DNA from: a virus
Taxonomy: Duplodnaviria; Caudoviricetes
Length of the DNA stretch: 64,000 bases
IMG/VR virus record: IMGVR_UViG_3300005076_000002
Location: 1-64,000 of that record
Strand: one strand, 5' to 3'
In this document: positions 55,809 to 64,000 of the stretch, piece after piece
How positions within the stretch are numbered: position 1 is the first letter of the stretch
How the letters are laid out: the number at the start of each line of letters is the position of its first letter
Notes under the pieces: generated by a model
The model's input: the letters and a program-made list of their open reading frames with translations, nothing else
Database searches by the model: none
What the model was told of the DNA's origin: nothing
Made by a program: the position numbers and the translations under genes

Positions 55809-57853
55809 TATTCAGCTCCCTTGCGAGTTGCTACGATGGTGTACTTGTTGATGGTGTGGGTCGTGCTTGCAGGCACGGTCACCTCAACAGAGATGGAATT
55901 ACCACCAGCCCGGTCTTCCTCGGTATGGAAAGCGCGCGGCACCGGATTGGCGACGTTGTCGTACTTGCCGAGGATCTTCGTGTTGATCTTGTCGGTGATC
56001 AACTTCTCCAGCTGGCCTTCAGTCAGGGACTGGGAGCCAGTGGTTTCTGCCCAGACGTCATCGCAGACGCGTTCCAGGTCACCGATAACGGTAGCCGGCA
56101 GCAGACCAACCAGGACAGACGCGCTGTGCGGGTAGATGGTACGTGCTGCGGAGAACATGTAGCGATACTGGTCAAAGGTACGGATGTTGATGAGACCTGC
56201 GTCCCAGTCACCTTCGTAGGCTTCGCCGGTCTTGTACGGCAGGTTGAAGTCGTAACCGTCATCAACGATAGCCAGCTCGCCCCGGTCGAAGCGGAACTCG
56301 GAACGGAACTTGCCGATCTGAGCACCCGCGTAACGGGACATGAACTTGGCCAGCGAGTAGGTGAGCGGAACGCGTTCACCCCAGCTGTCATCGTTGAGCA
56401 ACATGCTGTGACCTACAACCGCGCCACGCATGGCAGAGGTGCCATAACGGACGGATTCCGGGAAAGCACGCAGCATGGAAGCCAGCGCCACTTTCATGGA
56501 GTCTTCGGTAGCTTGGTTGTTGGCACCCTCGTTATAAACGTGGGTAGACAGGATGGTGATGGTGTCGGGACGACGACCCATGAAGTTACAGAGCGCTTCC
56601 TTGGTGTCGGTGGTATAACCGGCATCCCAGATGAAAGAGCACGGATACTTGCGCATGTCCAGGTAGTTAACCTTACCCTTACCGAACGCCAGCATCTCAC
56701 GCTGCACCAGCTCGTCGAACACTTCGGCGTTCATGGTACCGTCAGAACCACCCATCAGGTAATGGGTATGACCTTCGGTAAACAGCTCGCCACCGTTGGC
56801 ACCGCTATCGATGACGAGACCATTATATGGATTGCCGTAGACATCGAGGCCAGAGAAAATATCGACCATGTACGGATTCGCAACGTACTCGGGACCGGCC
56901 GCTTTGGCGGCTGCCGTCAGCACGGTTTCGAAGTTGGCTTCGTACAGATGGATATCCTTGATCGGGCCCAGTTCGGGTACCAGGCCGGGGGCCGGGTTCA
57001 TGTTGCGGTAGGAACGGACCAGCACACGGCGGAAGTCGTAATGCTGACGCATCGGCTCGTAGTACGCGCCTTTCTTGAACGCAACCGGTACGAAGGTAGA
57101 ACCGCCACGGGTCTGCACTGGAGTGCCAGAATCGTTTTCGGTCAAACGCTCGTTGAACTGGATGTGGTAAACACGGGCACCCATGGTTTCGGAAACGCTC
57201 GGGTCTACGCGAACGGAGGATTTCACGTTCGGGCAGCTGAGCTGGAAACCGAAGTCGGAGCCGCCCTGGCCGATGAAGCTGGCCGGCAGATCGAGGATCG
57301 GGTAGATGGTGGACTTGGAACCATCCAGGTTGGACTTGGACCCTGCGTAGGGTTTGCCGTTCTTGAACGGTGCATCCGCAGCAAAGGGAGAGACGCGCCA
57401 GATGATGTTCACGCCGTCAACATCGCCGGTCTTGATTTTTTTGCCTTGGCTGTCGTACTTGTACTCGCCACTGGCGAGGCGCTCGTAGACAGGAACCTTG
57501 GCGGTATAGACCTCGGCGTAGATACGCAGAGAAGCCCAGGCCGCATCGTCTGGTACCAGACGCTGAACCATTTGCGGGTTGGCCAGTTCATTGAACAGCT
57601 TCATGAACGGGGTATTGATGGTCGCGTACTTCGAGTCGTAATCAAGCACGTCACGACCATACATGGAGAACAGGTTATCACCCGCAACCATGTAAGCGTT
57701 TTCGTGGTCACCACGGCCAGAGAAAGTAAACGACAGCGGCAAATGAATCGACTTCGTGATCGGCGTCAACACCAACGGCGGAATACTACGGTCATCGGTA
57801 CCGTAGAACACTGCCATTGGCGAACCGTTACGGGGGACGGTATTGTATGCCAT
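55808..57853 (-). CDS. Contractile tail sheath protein (phiKZ gp29-like)
   Basis: 681 aa; NG.P...GTDDRS, HLP, QRLVPDDA, GGSDG, WDAGY, PES..YGT..RG motifs. Confidence 0.88.
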   Translation of the reverse strand: MAYNTVPRNGSPMAVFYGTDDRSIPPLVLTPITKSIHLPLSFTFSGRGDHENAYMVAGDNLFSMYGRDVLDYDSKYATINTPFMKLFNELANPQMVQRLVPDDAAWASLRIYAEVYTAKVPVYERLASGEYKYDSQGKKIKTGDVDGVNIIWRVSPFAADAPFKNGKPYAGSKSNLDGSKSTIYPILDLPASFIGQGGSDFGFQLSCPNVKSSVRVDPSVSETMGARVYHIQFNERLTENDSGTPVQTRGGSTFVPVAFKKGAYYEPMRQHYDFRRVLVRSYRNMNPAPGLVPELGPIKDIHLYEANFETVLTAAAKAAGPEYVANPYMVDIFSGLDVYGNPYNGLVIDSGANGGELFTEGHTHYLMGGSDGTMNAEVFDELVQREMLAFGKGKVNYLDMRKYPCSFIWDAGYTTDTKEALCNFMGRRPDTITILSTHVYNEGANNQATEDSMKVALASMLRAFPESVRYGTSAMRGAVVGHSMLLNDDSWGERVPLTYSLAKFMSRYAGAQIGKFRSEFRFDRGELAIVDDGYDFNLPYKTGEAYEGDWDAGLINIRTFDQYRYMFSAARTIYPHSASVLVGLLPATVIGDLERVCDDVWAETTGSQSLTEGQLEKLITDKINTKILGKYDNVANPVPRAFHTEEDRAGGNSISVEVTVPASTTHTINKYTIVATRKGAE

Positions 57854-57999
57854 TGTTGTGGACTCCTAGCAGTTACCGCCGTACAGGCGGAGTTTATCAG
57901 TAACCGTACGCGGGTAAAAAATTACAGTTACCCATATACAGTATCGACATATCGTCATAGGTATTAACCTACATTAATCAGTATTTGGAGTGAGCGAAG

Positions 58000-60048
58000 A
58001 TGGCAATCAGAGCGTCCTACGACTCGAAAGTCAACAAAACGATGAATATCAAACCTATCGTTTTGGAAATAGAAAAAGCAATGCTGCACAACGATACTCA
58101 TCGTTTCTCTGACGAGATCCTTTTCGTCAGTGACGAGTTCACGGACGTGCCGCCTTTCATCCACCCTATCTACTCCCCTGAAAAGGACGTAGTTTTTATC
58201 GATGTCCGTGGTTTCTCCTCGGTAGGTCGTGACGGCAATCTGGCACTTAAGGGCGACGTTGACAGTGAGTTGACTCTCCTGCGTGCTAAGCTGGAACTGG
58301 TGTGGCAACGTGCTCCGCGTGCTGATGTTTTCACCGCACTCCATTTCTCCAATGGTATCTTTGTACGCTGGCTGACCGATACCATCTGCCATAAACACGG
58401 TCTGCAACTTGGTCAGAAGTCCAAGGTTCTTGCCGTGACCGGCCTGTACAACATTGGTCAGTATTACAACAACATTACTGACGAACACCAAATCAACAAA
58501 TTTGCCGAGATGGTATCTCGGGATTTTTATATCCCACTCGAAGAAGTTTTCAGTGCTATTGACACCCTCGATAATCCGTTCCCTCGCGATATCGATGAGT
58601 ACGTAGAAGCGCTCAAGAAGCTTCAGATTTCTCCGCGCTTGGCCAACCTCAATACGCTGGCACTGTACAGCATGTTGGGCGGTAGCTGGTTCATGACCGC
58701 AAACGCACTTCAGCTGGTCGGACTGGCGGTTGAATACCCGCCGTGCTTTGCTGCGATGGTCTCTATGGCTACCCGCCATAAGATCTTCAAGAAGACCCAG
58801 ATCGGTGAGCGTGTGGAACGGTCTAATAAAGGCGGTGCCTTTGATCAGTTTGCACGGTCTCTGAATGCCGTTATCAATAACAACCTTGGTAACATCAATC
58901 CCAATCGTCAACGTGCTGGGATGGAGAGCATTCCGTACAACGCAATGTTGTTGGAAGATGGCGAGTTCATCGAACAGCATTTCGGTATGGAAGGCTACGG
59001 TAAGGCCGCTGGCGTAGCACTCGGTGCTGGGCTGTTGACCGCATTCATCACCTGGTTGATGATTAAATTCACCGGGGGTGGTTCTGGCGGTGGTGGTGGC
59101 GGTTCTAGCGGCGGTACCGGTATCATTGAAAAGACCGAGACCAAAGTCAAGGCTACCGTAGAAGCCAAGGGCGAACTTGTAAAGCATAAGGACGAGGCTA
59201 AAAAGATCGCCAACGAGATTCGCCACGACACCCCTTCCCATACCGAGGCCATGAACGAAACCCTCGTGGCTGATGTAGAAAAGGTTGTTGATAAGGGTGC
59301 CGACAAACGCATCACTACTATCGTGAACACCAGCCGTAACCCGGTGGCTATTCCGGTTATCAATCTGGCTGTTAAATACGAACCGTCTCAAGAAGCGACC
59401 AACCACTGGGCCAACATGGACGCATTGGTTAAGTCCATCGAACGGATCGACGATCCTACTCAGCTGGCGGCTATCTTCGAAGTCTACAAGCGTGCTCTGC
59501 GTGGCGGTGGTCAGAACATCAAGGGTGTAATTAGCGACTTCATTAAGCATCCGCTGTTTAAAGAAGATGTGGCTGTTCTTGGTGGTCTGTTCTGTGCCGG
59601 GCGCTTCTACCATGTACCTAATGACACAGCTACCGAGTTTGCCCATCAGGCGCTGTCTGTTTACAACAGTGCTACGCTCGATGCGCACATCTCCATGCAG
59701 GATCTGCTGGTAGACATCCGAGATAGCGTTGACGGCGGTATGTCTGGGACTGATCTCGATGTCAAATACGGTCGCTACATCAACGAGATCTACATGGGTC
59801 TGTTGAACTCTCCGGCAAAGGTTATACTGGAGAATAAGACCGGCATCGACACGCTCATGGAGAATGCACGTCAGCGGTTTGCTGTCTGGCCCGCCACCTC
59901 GTTCGATACCTTCGAGCACTTCGACGGCTCGACGGGTTATGTCAAACATCTGCTGGAGTCTATCTATGAGTTCAGCAGCGAGGAAGTCGGACCGTACATC
60001 GAGTGGCTGAAAGGTCTCGAGGTCGTCAGAGCTGATCAAGGGCTTTGA
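58000..60048 (+). CDS. phiKZ gp28-like domain (aa about 1-300) fused to a GME-cleaved head cargo module
   Basis: Divergent from the sheath and upstream of the gp27-like gene; LAVEYPP motif; AGMES (aa 306-310), FGMEG (aa 328-332), hydrophobic helix, poly-Gly. Confidence 0.7.
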   Translation: MAIRASYDSKVNKTMNIKPIVLEIEKAMLHNDTHRFSDEILFVSDEFTDVPPFIHPIYSPEKDVVFIDVRGFSSVGRDGNLALKGDVDSELTLLRAKLELVWQRAPRADVFTALHFSNGIFVRWLTDTICHKHGLQLGQKSKVLAVTGLYNIGQYYNNITDEHQINKFAEMVSRDFYIPLEEVFSAIDTLDNPFPRDIDEYVEALKKLQISPRLANLNTLALYSMLGGSWFMTANALQLVGLAVEYPPCFAAMVSMATRHKIFKKTQIGERVERSNKGGAFDQFARSLNAVINNNLGNINPNRQRAGMESIPYNAMLLEDGEFIEQHFGMEGYGKAAGVALGAGLLTAFITWLMIKFTGGGSGGGGGGSSGGTGIIEKTETKVKATVEAKGELVKHKDEAKKIANEIRHDTPSHTEAMNETLVADVEKVVDKGADKRITTIVNTSRNPVAIPVINLAVKYEPSQEATNHWANMDALVKSIERIDDPTQLAAIFEVYKRALRGGGQNIKGVISDFIKHPLFKEDVAVLGGLFCAGRFYHVPNDTATEFAHQALSVYNSATLDAHISMQDLLVDIRDSVDGGMSGTDLDVKYGRYINEIYMGLLNSPAKVILENKTGIDTLMENARQRFAVWPATSFDTFEHFDGSTGYVKHLLESIYEFSSEEVGPYIEWLKGLEVVRADQGL

Positions 60049-60064
60049 TGCTGAAAACCGTGAA

Positions 60065-61534
60065 ATGCTGGAAGCGATCAATATCTGTGGTCGCATTAAC
60101 ACCTTCGGCATTTCTAAGACAATGATGATGCATAACGAGATCGTCAACGGCATGCAGCACATTGTTGAGTCTACCAAGAAGTTCCAGGGCTTCATCAACG
60201 ATAACCTGAAAGCCATGCAGCGTGAGATGGATCGTGCTGCCAAGAAAGCCGGTATGGAATCCCATCAGGAACTCGAGGGTGAATTCCTGCCTGCCGAAGG
60301 TAAGGGCGTCGGGATGGAAGTCAACGCCTGGTCGGATGCCTTGGCGCGTGTTGGTATCGCGGTAGTCGTTGGTCTGTTCATCGAATGGCTGGTACGTAAG
60401 CTGACCGGGTCTAGCGGCGGCGGCGGTGGCGGCGGTAGCCCGCGTATGTCTGTCTCGTTCCGCGTAGAGACAGCAGCTGAGACGGTCGCTCGCGTCGGTG
60501 AGAAACTGAACAAGACCAAGTCTGAGTTCCTGGAATTCAACTCTGAGCTGAACCGTCGTAAGCTCAAAGACGAAGACCTGATGGGCCTGGTTGCATCCGA
60601 CGCCGATCGAAGCGTGCTGCGCAAGTTCCTGACTGCTATTCCTGGCGATGACCATCTGCTGCGTTGCTTTGCAGTTTTGTTGGTTAATGCCGGTAGCGGC
60701 AAGAATGACAGTCAATTCACGTTCCTCGGGGTCTCTGCTACTGACCAAGATTGGGACAAGTGGGTTCTGGCCGCGTTTGGTAACTTCCGTAAGGTGAGCA
60801 TGCCCAACGACATGGAGTTTGAAAAATACCTCCTGTTCTGCGGTCTGAGCATCCCCGGTACGTTCATGATTGCTGACGTCATTGAAAGCATCGACGTTGC
60901 CAAAGCACTGGAACACATCGACGTCGAAGCCGAGATTGTTGAGGAAATCTTCAAACTCGGTGATTCGTTCACCGACGCCGGTGCTAAGCGCATCGCTGAT
61001 GAAATCCGTAAGGGTGCAAGTGGCCCTGCCTCCGACAGTAAAGAAGTGGCAATTCCCGGTGCTCAGGGTAAGACCTACAAAGAAATCTTTACTGAAGCCA
61101 GCTACACTCGCTTCACTATCTGGCCGGGCGCTATCTACCGCAACGGTCTGAAAGAAGATGAGAAGTTGGCCGAGATCAAGGCAGACCAGTGGCGTAGCCT
61201 ACTCGACACCAAACGTCTGAGCTCCAAGCTGGAGAAGGATAAAAATACTCTGGCGCGGATGGAGAACAAAGCGACAGCGATGAAGCAGCGTCTCGACACC
61301 GCTGCACGCAACGCCAAGATCGATGGGCGTTTCAGTAGCAACCCAGAAGACCATCAAGTCATCAGTGACTTCCTGAGCAAGAAATCGAATGCGATGGCTG
61401 AAATCCAGGCCTATCTGCAAGCGGTCAATGCTTATACCCGCGGTGTAGACCATCAGGCCAATGCCATGAACATGGCCTGCCGGACTATGGAAGCACGGAT
61501 TGGCAACGTTAAAACCCTTTTGAAGAAGGTGTAA
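60065..61534 (+). CDS. Second GME-cleaved head cargo module; probably the frameshifted continuation of 58000-60048
   Basis: AGMES, VGMEV, hydrophobic helix, poly-Gly; no SD; frame open upstream to 60011. Confidence 0.7.
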   Translation: MLEAINICGRINTFGISKTMMMHNEIVNGMQHIVESTKKFQGFINDNLKAMQREMDRAAKKAGMESHQELEGEFLPAEGKGVGMEVNAWSDALARVGIAVVVGLFIEWLVRKLTGSSGGGGGGGSPRMSVSFRVETAAETVARVGEKLNKTKSEFLEFNSELNRRKLKDEDLMGLVASDADRSVLRKFLTAIPGDDHLLRCFAVLLVNAGSGKNDSQFTFLGVSATDQDWDKWVLAAFGNFRKVSMPNDMEFEKYLLFCGLSIPGTFMIADVIESIDVAKALEHIDVEAEIVEEIFKLGDSFTDAGAKRIADEIRKGASGPASDSKEVAIPGAQGKTYKEIFTEASYTRFTIWPGAIYRNGLKEDEKLAEIKADQWRSLLDTKRLSSKLEKDKNTLARMENKATAMKQRLDTAARNAKIDGRFSSNPEDHQVISDFLSKKSNAMAEIQAYLQAVNAYTRGVDHQANAMNMACRTMEARIGNVKTLLKKV

Positions 61535-61537
61535 TAA

Positions 61538-64000
61538 ATGGAACAATGGCTGAAGAAGCATGCGGCTGCCAACGTATGGTGCCGCCCTGCTGCTGACGCC
61601 AGATTGATCGTTGAGCCCAGAAGACTGACTCCTAAAGAAGGGGACATCTACGGGCTCAACGTTTCCGAACACAGCATCAGAATGCCTAAGCCGGATACGT
61701 GGTATCATGTTTTCCAAATAGGGAAGCTCGATCCTGCGTATCTTGGCTTTAGCGCACCATGGGCTGGATGGAAACGTGTAGATCAACTGGTCAATGAAAC
61801 CAACGTGGCCGTTCTTGTATACAACAAGAAGGGCCGGACGTACCCGTTGTCGATGACATGGTTACGTGTGTTGAGCAATGGTAACTTCATCGTTGCTACC
61901 GAGGCCTATGACCAGCTGGTCGACTTCGGTGTCGATGAGCTCTACATTCGTTTCTATAACGGCGCGTTCAATCGTTCCCCGCAATGGAACTCCAACTATC
62001 GCACATTTACTAACAGCAAGATCGTTAGAAGTGGCGATGATATCGTTAACTTTATTACGGAATATAACGAGTCGACTAAGAAACCCGGATACACGTTCGC
62101 TTATGTAAACGGATACCGCGTTAAAACACTTACGCTCGACAACGTAAAGGTTTGGGACTACGTGGAATACTTCCACGACGGTCTGGTTCGGGAAGTGGTG
62201 GAATTCAATGCACATCAACTCCCGTCGTTTACTTCCATCCTGGACAAGAAGAAGAAATATATTCTTCACCCGCCCAAAAAGCGTGAAACCCAGGACTTCA
62301 TCAACGATGTGGAAATCTACGCCTTCCACCAGGCTGGCCAAGGTCGTTATTTCCATGTCAATCAGGCCGATGCACTGCGCCAGCTGACGCACCGTGACTT
62401 CTCTATCGACTCATCCAAGATCGTTAAAATGATTACGGATGAAGGGTGGAGAAATATCAACGAGGTTAAGGTCCGGCTTTATATACGTCGTAGCGGTATC
62501 GATAAGCCTTTAATTTTTGAGGCTAATCGTATCCACGAGCTGTATAAGCTTAAGGACGCTGAGATACTGGCGGCGATGACCGGCACCAATGCGGTGGTTA
62601 AGAACTGGCGGGCTGACGAACTGGAGAAGTGCGCCTATAGCCGACTGATGGCAGCAATGCCTATCAACCTCACCAAAGAGCTGGCAACGGCAGCCTATGG
62701 CTATAACTCCATCAGTTCACTGGCAGCGATGACGCCGCAGGATGTAATCGAGAGTCCTGCCGGCAACTACGTTATCCTCCCACCATTGTTGGCTCGAAAT
62801 GCCACGGTGTACGAGTACGATGCGAATGGTCTGCTGCTCGGCTTCTATCATCATCTGGAGCCTCTGGTAGACCAATACAAGTGTCGCCATGCTGCGGCCG
62901 TGCGGATAGAGGCGATCGAAGGTCGCGGTTCCAACCAGCTCGATATAGACTGGAATGCGGCGGACTACGTCGTAGAGCCTGGGTACAACTACCGCTTCTA
63001 TGTCGAGAAATTGCTCTCTGGCAATGGGACTATGGAATTCGAGGACGTCACTGACACCGATGCTTATCGCATCGACCTCGAAGGTAAGGTAATCTGGAAT
63101 GTTGATCATACCAGACGTCGTCCGGTCATCTGGAAGGACTCACGCTTTACCGCGTACGAGTTCACTGAGGATGCGTACGACGGCACCTACAAGTTCTCCA
63201 TGCAAACCTACAACCCGGTATTGAAGGCGAACGTTCCGCTCAGGTTCTGCCATGAGACATTGGAAGTGTGGCTGAATGGTAAGTCACTGATTGCTGGATT
63301 GGACTTTGTTGTCAATTGGCCGCAGGTAGTGATTTGTAACAAGGAGTATCTGCATGATATCTCCGAGTACCACAAGCCGAAGATCGTTGTGCGTGGTCGC
63401 AATATGGCCAAGGAATACACCCCACCGAAGTTTGGTTATGTCATCAATGGCATGCTGAGCAACAATACCCGTTTCGACGTTCGTGACGATAAAGTTGTTC
63501 GTATCAGTGTTGCCGGCGCTATGAAAGCGCGCAGTGACGTTATCTTCCGTGAGGATACTGCGATTACGCTCAAAGGCGTGGTCAACGGCCAGCCGTACGT
63601 TATTGATGATCCACTCATCCCACTGCGTACAATTCCATCCAGGGACACCTACCCGATGCGGGTAGAGGCGAAAGCCATCGATGTGAAAGTCGAGGACTAT
63701 CTGTCGGTGAAAATCCCTCAACCGCCTGGACTGGTTCATAACCCGATTCCTAAGAAGCATCAGCTCATTAGCCCACTGCTCAATAAGCTGGTACATGATC
63801 TCATCAACGAGATCCTGATTCCGACGGAAGACCCTGACCGTGATTTCATCTCTGCTGAAGAGATGGACGCACTGATGGAAAACTACAAGTACCTGATCGA
63901 ATACGACCCTGTAATTCAGGGAGTCGATACCCGTTATGTGGAGATTCATCCGCACGATGGGGAAACGTTGGTTCTGTTGCGCCCATTGCACTACTCGATC
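61538..64000 (+). CDS. Large virion structural protein (phiKZ gp27-like), runs off the window end
   Basis: ATG 61538: MEQWLKKHAAANVWCRP..; SILD.K.KY..HPP, LRQLTHRD, YGYN; frame still consistent at the window end (EIHPH); absent from the ORF track because it has no stop. Confidence 0.8.
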   Translation, partial: MEQWLKKHAAANVWCRPAADARLIVEPRRLTPKEGDIYGLNVSEHSIRMPKPDTWYHVFQIGKLDPAYLGFSAPWAGWKRVDQLVNETNVAVLVYNKKGRTYPLSMTWLRVLSNGNFIVATEAYDQLVDFGVDELYIRFYNGAFNRSPQWNSNYRTFTNSKIVRSGDDIVNFITEYNESTKKPGYTFAYVNGYRVKTLTLDNVKVWDYVEYFHDGLVREVVEFNAHQLPSFTSILDKKKKYILHPPKKRETQDFINDVEIYAFHQAGQGRYFHVNQADALRQLTHRDFSIDSSKIVKMITDEGWRNINEVKVRLYIRRSGIDKPLIFEANRIHELYKLKDAEILAAMTGTNAVVKNWRADELEKCAYSRLMAAMPINLTKELATAAYGYNSISSLAAMTPQDVIESPAGNYVILPPLLARNATVYEYDANGLLLGFYHHLEPLVDQYKCRHAAAVRIEAIEGRGSNQLDIDWNAADYVVEPGYNYRFYVEKLLSGNGTMEFEDVTDTDAYRIDLEGKVIWNVDHTRRRPVIWKDSRFTAYEFTEDAYDGTYKFSMQTYNPVLKANVPLRFCHETLEVWLNGKSLIAGLDFVVNWPQVVICNKEYLHDISEYHKPKIVVRGRNMAKEYTPPKFGYVINGMLSNNTRFDVRDDKVVRISVAGAMKARSDVIFREDTAITLKGVVNGQPYVIDDPLIPLRTIPSRDTYPMRVEAKAIDVKVEDYLSVKIPQPPGLVHNPIPKKHQLISPLLNKLVHDLINEILIPTEDPDRDFISAEEMDALMENYKYLIEYDPVIQGVDTRYVEIHPHDGETLVLLRPLHYSI

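Noticed and set aside
55856-57967. 703-aa + strand ORF opposite the tail sheath
   Set aside because: Antisense shadow caused by the strong codon bias of the sheath gene; no motifs or SD
57964-60916. 759-aa and 296-aa - strand ORFs opposite the gp28-like polyprotein
   Set aside because: Codon-aligned antisense shadows with no protein-like features

Overview
This 64 kb window comes from a phiKZ-like (Chimalliviridae-type) jumbo myophage. Family assignments come from motif recognition and recalled phiKZ synteny; no database search was run. Core genes include three subunits of the split virion RNA polymerase (phiKZ gp180/gp178/gp149-like), a prohead protease (gp175-like), a tape-measure/lytic transglycosylase (gp181-like), tail sheath and tube (gp29/gp30-like), a baseplate spike, a long tail fibre, SbcC, RNase H, UvsX/RecA, a DEDD exonuclease and a probable spanin pair. 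Between them are accessory islands behind a repeated phage early-promoter motif (A-tract..ACAGRCATATATYA..GTGA) and bounded by a family of near-identical terminators. The main finding is at 58000-61534. A gp28-like domain is fused to cargo modules that each start with the cassette AGMES..GEF..GME-hydrophobic helix-polyGly (prohead-protease-type sites). The two ORFs meet at a prfB-like CTT-TGA site whose +1 frame is exactly the downstream ORF, suggesting a protease-processed virion polyprotein made by a +1 frameshift, or a gene broken by an indel. Other findings: a candidate ADP-ribosylation writer/eraser set (ART-fold candidate, DarG-like macrodomain, NADAR-like, SLOG); a signal-peptide transglycosylase behind a structured leader with an anti-SD; a tandem paralog family; and two further apparent frameshifts. 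No tRNA, rRNA, CRISPR array or IS element was recognised.
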